Below, piece after piece: positions 36,172 through 44,299 of a stretch of 45,085 nt of DNA. The notes under the pieces are model-generated. The model had not been told where the DNA came from. It searched no databases and saw nothing but the letters and a program-made list of their open reading frames with translations. Source of the DNA: Candidatus Altiarchaeota archaeon (GTDB lineage: Archaea; SpSt-1190; DYHY01). The position numbers were made by a program, and so were the translations under genes. Location: assembly GCA_030622515.1 (NCBI GenBank), contig JAUXGB010000001.1, positions 1 to 45,085 on the forward strand, read 5' to 3'. Within the stretch, counting starts at the first letter, position 1. Every line of letters begins with the position of its first letter.

Positions 36172-37317
36172 CTAGTAATCTGCCCTCATCCCGCCGGAGC
36201 AGTTTAGGACGACAGTGTCTTCAGGAGCAATCTCCCCCTCCCCAACCAGCTTTTCAAGTCCCCCAAGGGCAATCATAGCCTCGACGCCGGCGTCCTCAAC
36301 ACCATCCTCCCTGTAAAGCCTCTGGAGCCTGTCAAAGTGCTTCAGTTCATCGTCCTTCCCCTCAAAAACGCTTTCAAAGGAGCCGCCATTTTCCTTGATT
36401 ATTCTTTTCAGGTAGGGATAAGAGATGTACAGCTTGGGATTTGCTATGCCAAGGGCATGGGTATCTGTTTTCTCAACAATTTCCCTCCCCTTCCATGCGT
36501 CTACCATTGGGCAGCACCCTCCCGGCTGGATGCAGTAGAGGCGGGGCACCGGCTTGCCAAGGTCCTTGTGCGCCTTGTAAAATGCATACACCCCGACCCC
36601 GCTCGCCACAGCCTGAACATAGGCGTCCACCTTGTCAAGCTTTTCAAGAACCTCGAACCCGATTGTCTTCATGCCTTCTATCCTCAATGGGTTGAAAAAT
36701 CCGTATTCAAGTGGGAGGCTCCTCTCCTTGGCAAACTCTCCGGCCGCCTCAATAGCTTTGTCAAAGGTCTCGCCCTCGACATGGGTTATGACATTTGGGC
36801 CCTCTACACCTGCCCTCTCCATCATCTTTTCCCAGCGTGGCACAGCATTTCCCGGAACATAAACATGAAGCTTAAGTGCGCCTGTCATAGCAGCCCCTCG
36901 CGCGTGAGCCAGCCCGCTGTCGCCTGTTGTGGCAGTGACAAGTTCATCGTATCCCAGCTCCCTGAGGCGTGAAAGCGTCATGAAAGCCTCCCTGTCCTTG
37001 AAGGTCTTTGTGGGCTGTGCTGATTCAACCTTTATGTAAAGCTCCTCCAGCGGGGCATCAGGCGATATCTCTTCAGCTATCGCCCTGCTCCTGATAAGTG
37101 GGCTGTCAACCACCTTCAGGTCAAGCGCATTGTCCAAATTGTTTATGGGAAGAAGGCTGTGGAACCTCCACACCGAATCTTTTGAGCTGTCAAAAAATTC
37201 ATCCGGCTTGTTGTACCTTATCTCAAGCAGCCCCCCGCACGCCACGCAGTTTCTCAAATACTCGTCCCTGTGGTTTTCTTCACCGCAGTCGACACAGACA
37301 TGATGGAATTTCTCCAA
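36172..37317 (-). CDS. Threonine-synthase-like fold-type II PLP enzyme with N-terminal Zn ribbon
   Basis: CVDC/CVAC, SVWRF, PTKTFKDR (PLP Lys), NPLRIEGMKT, QAVASGVG, NCSG. Confidence 0.85.
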   Translation of the reverse strand: MEKFHHVCVDCGEENHRDEYLRNCVACGGLLEIRYNKPDEFFDSSKDSVWRFHSLLPINNLDNALDLKVVDSPLIRSRAIAEEISPDAPLEELYIKVESAQPTKTFKDREAFMTLSRLRELGYDELVTATTGDSGLAHARGAAMTGALKLHVYVPGNAVPRWEKMMERAGVEGPNVITHVEGETFDKAIEAAGEFAKERSLPLEYGFFNPLRIEGMKTIGFEVLEKLDKVDAYVQAVASGVGVYAFYKAHKDLGKPVPRLYCIQPGGCCPMVDAWKGREIVEKTDTHALGIANPKLYISYPYLKRIIKENGGSFESVFEGKDDELKHFDRLQRLYREDGVEDAGVEAMIALGGLEKLVGEGEIAPEDTVVLNCSGGMRADY

Positions 37318-37331
37318 AGTTCATCACAGCG

Positions 37332-37347
37332 TTATAAAATTTTATAA
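37332..37347. promoter_or_regulatory. Palindromic AT-rich box, likely back-to-back TATA elements of divergent promoters
   Basis: Perfect palindrome TTATAAAATTTTATAA between the divergent thrC-like gene and nikR. Confidence 0.55.
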
Positions 37348-37368
37348 AGGGCTAAATACCAACCCAAA

Positions 37369-37397
37369 GTAGCACGAAGAAGTTCCAGTCGTGTCAC
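37369..37397. promoter_or_regulatory. Candidate NikR operator
   Basis: Imperfect inverted repeat GTAGCAC-N15-GTGTCAC (core CACGA-N11-TCGTG) just upstream of nikR; spacing is similar to known NikR operators. Confidence 0.5.
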
Positions 37398-37437
37398 AAA
37401 GGTTGATTTTATGAAGGGAATGACAAAAGAAGGGGAT

Positions 37438-37854
37438 ATGGGAAAGCTGGTCAGGTTCGGGGTTTCCCTGCCGGAAGAGCTGGTTGAGGAATTTGACAGG
37501 ACGATAAGGGAGGTTGGCTACTTCAGCAGGTCGAGAGCCATAGGCGACGCTATCCACACCTTAATTCTTGAGCAGGCATGCAAGAAAAATGGCGAGCTGA
37601 TAGCTACAATCTCTTTCATCTACAACCACGGCTCAAAGCAGGTGACAGACAGCCTGACAAAGCTCCGCCACAAGTACAAGGGGATACTTTCCGCAATCCA
37701 GACCCACGTGAACAAGGACGAGTGCGTTGAAGTTTTGATTGTTGAAGGAAAGCAGACCGAACTCAGAAGGCTGGTGGGCGAGATTACCGCCGTAAGGGGA
37801 GTTATCAGTTGCAGGGTGTCCGCCCTTTGCAAGCGGAAACGAGGGGAGAAGTGA
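37438..37854 (+). CDS. nikR: NikR-family ribbon-helix-helix metal-responsive regulator
   Basis: RFGVSLPEEL..EFD, GYFSRSRAIGDA, IYNH, THVNKDECVEVLIVEG. ATG 37438 follows AGGGGA. Confidence 0.92.
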   Translation: MGKLVRFGVSLPEELVEEFDRTIREVGYFSRSRAIGDAIHTLILEQACKKNGELIATISFIYNHGSKQVTDSLTKLRHKYKGILSAIQTHVNKDECVEVLIVEGKQTELRRLVGEITAVRGVISCRVSALCKRKRGEK

Positions 37855-37887
37855 GCATCCATCAAATCCCAACCAATCAGTAAGGCA

Positions 37888-38391
37888 ATGGCTCTGCGCA
37901 TAAGGTATGGGTTTGGCTCTCTTGAGGGAAAAGTCGAGAGGGGCGAGATAACAAGGGAGGAAAAGCAGAAATTGGAAGACGCTGTCAGGAATGGAAAACC
38001 GCCGGATGAAGAGTTCCTTCTTCACGTTTTTTCACCATCCACTAACTATATGAAACAGATAGCAAAGGAACTGGGAAAAGACACAATCTGGGACGAGGCA
38101 GTTATAGACAACTACTTCCTTGGTGGCCTTCACAACCGCCACGTTGAGACTGGCGTTTTTGGTTCCATGGGCAAGACCCAACAGGAACTCTGCAAGGTCC
38201 ACCTTGGCGAGATAAAGGAGATTTCTCAGGCAGGCAACAAAACATTCTACAAGGTTGCCTACAACGGCGGCTCACAAACTGTCTTTGCCGATTTTGTGCC
38301 AGATGCCAATCAAGGAGACAAAGTGGTAATTCACCAGTCCTATGCTGTAAAGATGGTAAATGGAAGCAGGGCGGCAGAGCAACCTATTTAA
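37888..38391 (+). CDS. Short DUF6390-like protein with C-terminal HypC-like domain
   Basis: Aligns by eye with 39282-39983. C-terminus LCKVHLGEI...GDKVVIHQSYAV resembles HypC. Confidence 0.6.
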   Translation: MALRIRYGFGSLEGKVERGEITREEKQKLEDAVRNGKPPDEEFLLHVFSPSTNYMKQIAKELGKDTIWDEAVIDNYFLGGLHNRHVETGVFGSMGKTQQELCKVHLGEIKEISQAGNKTFYKVAYNGGSQTVFADFVPDANQGDKVVIHQSYAVKMVNGSRAAEQPI

Positions 38392-38413
38392 GTTCCGAAA
38401 GGAGCCTCCCAGC

Positions 38414-39307
38414 GTGGACAAGAAAGGAATTGCGTTAATCTTCCTGACAGCCCTTATCAGCGGATTTGCAATCTTCATTAACAAGTTCGGCGTTGCAGTT
38501 GTTTCACCCGACGTCTTCACGACCCTAAAGAACACGACAGTCGCCTTCATGCTTCTCGCCTCCCTCTTCTACTTCGACAGGGGGAAGCTTGCTTCCCTGA
38601 CAAGAAAGAACTGGCTCTCCCTTCTCGCCATCGGCGCTATCGGCGGAAGCGTACCATTCATCCTCTTCTTCCGCGGCCTTGCCATCGCAACGGCGGCGAC
38701 AGCCGCCTTCATCCACAAAACCATGTTTCTCTATGTGGCAGTCCTCGCAGCGTTTTTCCTAAAAGAAAAGATTTCCAGAAAACTTTTGGCCGCAGCCGGG
38801 TTGCTTTTAGCAGGAAACGCCCTCTTCCTCAAGTTCACACCGGCCGAACTAACCATAGGAACAGTCATGGTTCTTGCAGCAACCCTCCTCTGGGCAGGGG
38901 AAGCAGTCCTCTCAAAGAAAGTGCTAAAGAAGCTTGACAGCTCAACAGTCGCTTTCGGGCGGATGTTTTTCGGCTCGCTGTTCCTTCTAGCTTACCTGAT
39001 AGCCACCAGTCAGGCTCCAGCAATCCTCACCCTTAACCAGTCCCAGCTTGGCTGGGTTGCTGTCACAGCCCTTTTCCTCTTGGCCTACGTAACCACATGG
39101 TACAGCGGGCTGAAAAGGGTTTCAGCTTCGACCGCCGCCTGCATCCTTTCCCTTGGCGCACCAATAACCACAGGGCTGAAAGTTTTGGCCGGAGCAGCCC
39201 TCCCCTCGCCTGTTCAGGCCTTTGGTGTTCTCCTGATTCTTGCCGGCGTCTCTTTCGCCATTCTCCACGAGGTGACCTGCCGTGAAGCGGCTCGGGTTGC
39301 TGGTTAG
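38414..39307 (+). CDS. EamA/DMT family transporter
   Basis: 10 TM helices in two repeats, GGSVPFILFFRGL, FFLKEK, WYSGLKRV. Confidence 0.9.
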   Translation: MDKKGIALIFLTALISGFAIFINKFGVAVVSPDVFTTLKNTTVAFMLLASLFYFDRGKLASLTRKNWLSLLAIGAIGGSVPFILFFRGLAIATAATAAFIHKTMFLYVAVLAAFFLKEKISRKLLAAAGLLLAGNALFLKFTPAELTIGTVMVLAATLLWAGEAVLSKKVLKKLDSSTVAFGRMFFGSLFLLAYLIATSQAPAILTLNQSQLGWVAVTALFLLAYVTTWYSGLKRVSASTAACILSLGAPITTGLKVLAGAALPSPVQAFGVLLILAGVSFAILHEVTCREAARVAG

Positions 39308-39983
39308 GTTCTCAATGGCGCCAAACAGCCTTCACTACTGCGGGCCCCGGAAAGCTGAAAAAACTTTCAAAACCTATCTTAAGACCGGCAGGGGCGAAGC
39401 CAAGGTTAAACACCAGTTGAAAACCTTCGAAGGCCTCTATCCCTATCTCCGCCTGATTGGAAAAAGGAACAAAATGAGCCCATTCGACCAAAAGGTTGCC
39501 GAGGCCTACTGGATTGGCAACTCCCTGCTCCAGAAAGTCTCCCGCCTCGACCTGAGGAAAATGGTTCTCAGGGAGTTTCCCCTGCCGCGCTCAGTTGCCA
39601 AAGAGCTGGCCTACTCCATCCCGTCGCAGGCAAAGCCTCATCACTCATTCCACGTCTTTTACATCCAGTCAGTTACCGGACGGGTCAACCTTGGCTTGCT
39701 AACTGTCCAGAACAACTGCCGGATTGGCTGGGGAAAGGTGCTGAGGGCAGGGAAATCAGTTACCCTCTCCGCTCCCCATGTAAGCGCAGGCCCAAGACTG
39801 AAGCTTTCCCAGCCAAAAAAGCTTCGAATTGGCAACCAAGCCGGAATAAAGGCCTCTAAAGGCGATATTCTGGCCTTCCACTGGGGCGAGGCTGTCTCAG
39901 TTCTGACTAAGCGTCAGGCTAAAAATCTGGAAAAATATACAAAAATAGGCCTTTCCTGCGTGAGAAGGCCTACTTCTTCTTGA
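39282..39983 (+). CDS. DUF6390-like protein with C-terminal HypC-like domain
   Basis: RFSMAPNSLHYCGP, FEGLYPYL, EAYWIGN, PHHSFHV, NCRIGWG, GDILAFHWG. The family name is from recall and needs an HMM check. Confidence 0.75.
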   Translation: MKRLGLLVRFSMAPNSLHYCGPRKAEKTFKTYLKTGRGEAKVKHQLKTFEGLYPYLRLIGKRNKMSPFDQKVAEAYWIGNSLLQKVSRLDLRKMVLREFPLPRSVAKELAYSIPSQAKPHHSFHVFYIQSVTGRVNLGLLTVQNNCRIGWGKVLRAGKSVTLSAPHVSAGPRLKLSQPKKLRIGNQAGIKASKGDILAFHWGEAVSVLTKRQAKNLEKYTKIGLSCVRRPTSS

Positions 39984-40257
39984 CGACTCTCATCCTCTTC
40001 TTGATTCGCGGGATTAGCTTGCCTGCAATCTTCTTCCTGAATCGTTCCAGCTTTGCTGCATTTTGGTACTTCTTCTTCGCCTTGCCTTTAGCCTTCTTGG
40101 CTTTTCTCAATATCTTCTTTGCAGCGCTGTTCGCCGTCCTCTTCTGCTTGTTTGCCCAGGAGAGGTGCTTTCTAAGCTGCTTAAGCTTCTTTGCTTTTGC
40201 AACAGCCTTCCCCGTTCTTACGAAAACCGCCCTTATAGTTGCTTGATTCTTGGCCAT
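39970..40257 (-). CDS. Extremely basic Lys/Arg/Ala-rich small protein
   Basis: 38 K+R and 1 acidic residue in 95 aa; TTTAAA box about 29 nt upstream of ATG. Confidence 0.7.
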   Translation of the reverse strand: MAKNQATIRAVFVRTGKAVAKAKKLKQLRKHLSWANKQKRTANSAAKKILRKAKKAKGKAKKKYQNAAKLERFRKKIAGKLIPRIKKRMRVVKKK

Positions 40258-40359
40258 AGTGGTTAGAATGCGGCTCCAATTTTAAACGTTAACTAATTTC
40301 TTTTATAAACTCAGCTCTAGCAAAGCTTAAATCCCTCCAATCTCCTTTCTATCGTTCTC

Positions 40360-40872
40360 ATGGGGAAAGTTCACCTTTACACAGGCCATGGTGGCGGCAA
40401 ATCCACCTCTGCGTTGGGTGTAGCCTTGCGAGCCCTTGGCCACAACTACAAAGTTATTGTAATCCAGTTTATGAAAGGCAGAAAAGAGGTTGGCGAGTAC
40501 AAGATGATGAAAAAATTAGGGCCAAAGTATGAAATCCACCAGTTTGGCACACAGCATTTTGTAAGCCTCAAGAAGCCAACCGAGGAAGACCGTAAGCGGG
40601 CTGCCGAGGCACTTGAGTTTTCCAAGAAAGCCCTCAGGCGCAAACCCTTTTTGTTAATCCTTGACGAAATAAATGTCGCCTGTGCAGCCGGGCTAGTCGA
40701 CACAAGGGACGTCCTCAAACTGCTGAAAAGAATTCCAAAGAGAACTTCTGTTTACCTGACAGGCCGCTACGCGCCAAGGGAGCTAATCAAGCGTGCCGAC
40801 TTTGCAACCCAGGTAATGGACCTTCACCGACCAAGAATAGGTTCCTACGAGGGCAAAGGAATCGAGTGGTAA
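40360..40872 (+). CDS. cobO: Cob(I)yrinic acid a,c-diamide adenosyltransferase (BtuR/CobO family)
   Basis: LYTGHGGGKSTSALG, IQFMKG, ILDEIN, LTGRYAP, KGIEW. Confidence 0.93.
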   Translation: MGKVHLYTGHGGGKSTSALGVALRALGHNYKVIVIQFMKGRKEVGEYKMMKKLGPKYEIHQFGTQHFVSLKKPTEEDRKRAAEALEFSKKALRRKPFLLILDEINVACAAGLVDTRDVLKLLKRIPKRTSVYLTGRYAPRELIKRADFATQVMDLHRPRIGSYEGKGIEW

Positions 40873-42141
40873 CTATCTTCTATGCATATAGAAATAGACA
40901 ATTAGGCCTACAGCCAGAATCGCCACCTGCAATAGCCATGTGTCAAGCGCAAAGGTCGAAAGCATGTAGCCACAGCTTAGCAGCCCGATAAAAGCAGGAA
41001 CCGGGAACCACCCGATGTTCAATGGAGCCCTGAAGTATCCCCTGACCTTCGGCTTGAAGTACCTGTGTCCAAGCAGGGCAAGGTTGACAAAGGCAAAAGT
41101 CAGGAAAGCCCCAACATTTGTAACGCTTGCAACATATTCAAGGGATTCAGAAAACGCCCAAAAGAGGGAGACAGCTGAAACAATCAGGATGGCAACATGA
41201 GGCGTCCTCCTCGCCCGATTTACAGCACCAAGTATCTTTGGCAACGACTTGTTTTTCGCCATCCCGTAAATCATTCTTGAGCCGGCGATTGCTGAAATCA
41301 GGATAGTACTTCCTGTTGCAAAAAGGGCGACAATGGCAAGCAGGGTCCCGGCTTCAGGAAAAGCTTTCGAAGCCGCTAGGGCTAGCGGGGCTTTGGAAGC
41401 CCCAATCTCCTCCCAGCCTGCAAGGCTTACAGTTGAGATGGCTATCGCAACATAAATCAAAGAGGTGACAATAACCGAGATAATTATTGCCTTTGGCATC
41501 ATCTTCCTGGCATTCTTTGCCTCCTCAGCAACGTTGGCTATGTCGTCAAACCCAAGGTAAGCGAAGAAAATCAGTGCGGCTGCGCCAATCAGGCCGCCAA
41601 CCCCGTGCGGCATCTCAAAATAGTCCACACTCCCGAGGCTTGGCATCCCTATAACGAAAAGGAAAATCAGCCCCCCAACCGTCACCAGCGTCAAAACGGC
41701 GTTCAGCTTGGCGCTTTCCCCTATGCCGGCAAGTGCAACAGCTGTGATAAACAAAATCATCAAAACCGCCCAGATATTGGCGCTGAAGAACGGAAGCAAG
41801 CTCCCGAGATAGTTCCCGAAAGCTATCGAGACTGCCGAGAGGGTGAAAATGCTTACAAAAATTGTTATCCATCCGACAAGAAAGGCGAAAAGCTCGTTGC
41901 CGTAAGCTTTTTTGACATAAACATACTCGGCAGCGGACTTGGGATAGAGGGAGCCCAGCTCCGCAAAGCTGAAACCGGTTAATGCGGCAATAAATGCGCC
42001 AATAAGGAAAGCCATCCACGTGGCGTTCCCCCCAAGCGCAACCGCAGGGCCAATAAGGGCGTAGATGCCGGCGCCAACAATTATCCCAACCCCGTAAAGA
42101 ACCAAGTCAAGGAGGCTCAAGTTCCTCTTCAGCCCAACCAT
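40873..42141 (-). CDS. APC-superfamily amino acid permease
   Basis: GIIVGAGIY, FAELGSLYP, FFAYLGFD, AEEAKN, SRMIYGMA. Confidence 0.93.
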   Translation of the reverse strand: MVGLKRNLSLLDLVLYGVGIIVGAGIYALIGPAVALGGNATWMAFLIGAFIAALTGFSFAELGSLYPKSAAEYVYVKKAYGNELFAFLVGWITIFVSIFTLSAVSIAFGNYLGSLLPFFSANIWAVLMILFITAVALAGIGESAKLNAVLTLVTVGGLIFLFVIGMPSLGSVDYFEMPHGVGGLIGAAALIFFAYLGFDDIANVAEEAKNARKMMPKAIIISVIVTSLIYVAIAISTVSLAGWEEIGASKAPLALAASKAFPEAGTLLAIVALFATGSTILISAIAGSRMIYGMAKNKSLPKILGAVNRARRTPHVAILIVSAVSLFWAFSESLEYVASVTNVGAFLTFAFVNLALLGHRYFKPKVRGYFRAPLNIGWFPVPAFIGLLSCGYMLSTFALDTWLLQVAILAVGLIVYFYMHRR

Positions 42142-42190
42142 GTTCTTTTCTGACAGCAACGCCTATAAAAAAAGCTCGCCTCACAGGGAC

Positions 42191-42415
42191 ATGAAACCCT
42201 TCCCCAAGCCAACTTGGCTTAAAGCCGCTTTTGTCGGGCTAATTGCATTTTTCGTAACCCTCATAATAAATTCCATAATGACTTACCTGCTCAACGGGCG
42301 GGTCATAGGGAGCGTTGTTCTGATTTCCTCAACCTTTGTCGGAACCCTCTTCGCCGTCTTCTGGAAGTGGAAAATGGGCCAGCTTTACCTCCTCAAGCAG
42401 GCAGTTGAGAAATGA
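42191..42415 (+). CDS. Small 2-TM membrane protein
   Basis: Two hydrophobic helices; TATAAAA about 27 nt upstream of ATG 42191. Confidence 0.6.
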   Translation: MKPFPKPTWLKAAFVGLIAFFVTLIINSIMTYLLNGRVIGSVVLISSTFVGTLFAVFWKWKMGQLYLLKQAVEK

Positions 42416-42443
42416 ATTTAAGGACAGTAGGCCTCCAAATCCT

Positions 42444-42950
42444 ATGGGCGGAGACCTGGTCATCTACTTCTCCCTGTCAGGCGAGACGGAAAGGGTAGCC
42501 AATATCATCGCCTCAAACTACAATGCGACAACTATTCGGGTTGGCACGGAAGACGCAGGAAAAAGGCTGCTCCTTGCCCGATACTTCCTCCGCAAACTCC
42601 TCAACAAGCCAATAGTCACCATTCCAAAAATCTACTTCCCCGACTATGAGAAAGTCTACATTGGCTGTCCCATCTGGGCTGACTCGCCTGCGGCGCCAAT
42701 GACCTACTTTTTGAAAAACACCAAACTGACTGAGGTTGAGCTGGTGCCTTTCGTTACCCACAAGACCGACTCCCCACACAAGGCTCTTGAAACCCTTGCC
42801 AACCTCGTAAGAAAGCAGGGCGGCACTGTCCTCTCAACCCACGCATTCAAAAAAGGAATCCCAAAAGACATGATTCTTGGCGAGCTTGAAGGCAAGCAAT
42901 TCAGGCCGGAGAAAACAGGCGATGTCGATTTGGGAAAATTCAAAAATTAG
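42444..42950 (+). CDS. Flavodoxin-like protein
   Basis: IYFSLSGET, IGCPIWA, PFVTH; TTTAAG 27 nt upstream of ATG 42444. Confidence 0.85.
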   Translation: MGGDLVIYFSLSGETERVANIIASNYNATTIRVGTEDAGKRLLLARYFLRKLLNKPIVTIPKIYFPDYEKVYIGCPIWADSPAAPMTYFLKNTKLTEVELVPFVTHKTDSPHKALETLANLVRKQGGTVLSTHAFKKGIPKDMILGELEGKQFRPEKTGDVDLGKFKN

Positions 42951-43372
42951 AGCATTCTCATTTTTGAGTTATAGTGGAGAGGCGCTTCCCCTTCCCTCAT
43001 GTTGTAGACTTCCCGCCTGACTTCAGGTTCGGAGAATTCAGGGTGGACAAAGTGGCCAAGAATCTCATGGTCCCCAACCTCTTCGAATTTTTTCGGGTCG
43101 TCCTTAATATCTCTCCTGAAAAGAATGGGGCTGTCAGGGAGATAGGGATGCATAGCACCAAGGGTGCCCCCCATAACCTCTTCCGGAAGAACCATAATTC
43201 CCTTTCTGAGAAGGACAGAGTTCTTGAGGTCCTGACCATAGCTTGGCTGCGCCGGAGGCTTGTAGCTGGCTTTTTCATAGCCGCGGCCATACTGGTCAAC
43301 CTGCTTTTCCCTGTGGAGATAACTCCCCCAGTCTATTCCCCCAGCCCTCGGCCTGTCAACTCTTAGTCCCAT
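42947..43372 (-). CDS. Small zincin-like metallopeptidase candidate
   Basis: GGTLG...ILFRRD...EEVGDHEILGHFVHPEFSE (HExxGH plus further H/E). Confidence 0.55.
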   Translation of the reverse strand: MGLRVDRPRAGGIDWGSYLHREKQVDQYGRGYEKASYKPPAQPSYGQDLKNSVLLRKGIMVLPEEVMGGTLGAMHPYLPDSPILFRRDIKDDPKKFEEVGDHEILGHFVHPEFSEPEVRREVYNMREGEAPLHYNSKMRML

Positions 43373-43584
43373 TCACCCACCAAGCTCTTGTACCTGTTTC
43401 CTACCTCAAAGGAAATGTCAGAAGTTTCCTCTTGGAAGAAGTTCAGGGGCGGTGCCTTCTCATAACTCAGGCCGTAGAAAGCGTTGGGGAAATTTTCAGA
43501 GGATTTGGGATAGGAGTCCTTCTCAACTTCAGGCAATTTTGCCTCAAGTTCATCATTCCCGAAACGGAAGTTGTAGTCCTCCAT
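43363..43584 (-). CDS. Small acidic hypothetical protein
   Basis: TATA-like box upstream; overlaps the start of the zincin-like gene. Confidence 0.5.
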   Translation of the reverse strand: MEDYNFRFGNDELEAKLPEVEKDSYPKSSENFPNAFYGLSYEKAPPLNFFQEETSDISFEVGNRYKSLVGEWD

Positions 43585-43638
43585 TACCCACCCATTGGGG
43601 GAACACCTTTTTAAACATTGTTGGCCAAAAGAGCTTCA

Positions 43639-44268
43639 ATGACAGTTAAGCTGGTAATCTTCGATATGGATGGGGTCCTTCTCAATTCCGAACCGATAGT
43701 CTTCCCAGCCGTTTCAAAAGCCTTTGCCAGCCATGGCAGGGAGATAACTATTCAGGCCTTCCGCAAGGCGCAGGGCCTTCCCCTTCCCGGGTTTTGCACA
43801 GCAATTGACCCATCAGTTACAGGTCCGGAGGCAAAGCAGATAGGTGACGAAGTCGTTGCCTACATTCTTGCCAACCTAAGCAGGGTGAAGACCTTTCAAG
43901 ATACAAAAAAGACTCTTGAACAGCTTTCAAAGAAGGGACTCAAGCTTGCAGTTGTCAGCGGCACCCCGAATGAGCACATTGGAAAAGAGCTGGGGATTGT
44001 CAACATTAGAACTTACTTCGATTTCGTTCTCGGCGGCGGCCTTCTCAAGAGGGGCAAGCCCTACCCTGACCAGTTCATCCATGTCTGCACCAAGCTTGCT
44101 GTTGCGCCAGCTGACACTCTTGCCGTAGGCGACACGCGGAACGACCTTTTGGCTGCGAAGGCGGCCGGATGCAGGACCGTTGTGATGAACAGGGAGAAGG
44201 AAAAGTTTGCCGACCTGAAGCCGGACTACTTCATCACCACTTTAAGCCAAATTTTGGATTTGGTATAA
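43639..44268 (+). CDS. HAD-family hydrolase (subfamily IA)
   Basis: FDMDGVL, VVSG, KPYPD, VGDTRNDLLAAKAAG. Confidence 0.93.
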   Translation: MTVKLVIFDMDGVLLNSEPIVFPAVSKAFASHGREITIQAFRKAQGLPLPGFCTAIDPSVTGPEAKQIGDEVVAYILANLSRVKTFQDTKKTLEQLSKKGLKLAVVSGTPNEHIGKELGIVNIRTYFDFVLGGGLLKRGKPYPDQFIHVCTKLAVAPADTLAVGDTRNDLLAAKAAGCRTVVMNREKEKFADLKPDYFITTLSQILDLV

Positions 44269-44299
44269 TCCTTATATACGCCGGAAGCTTTTCCTTCCT

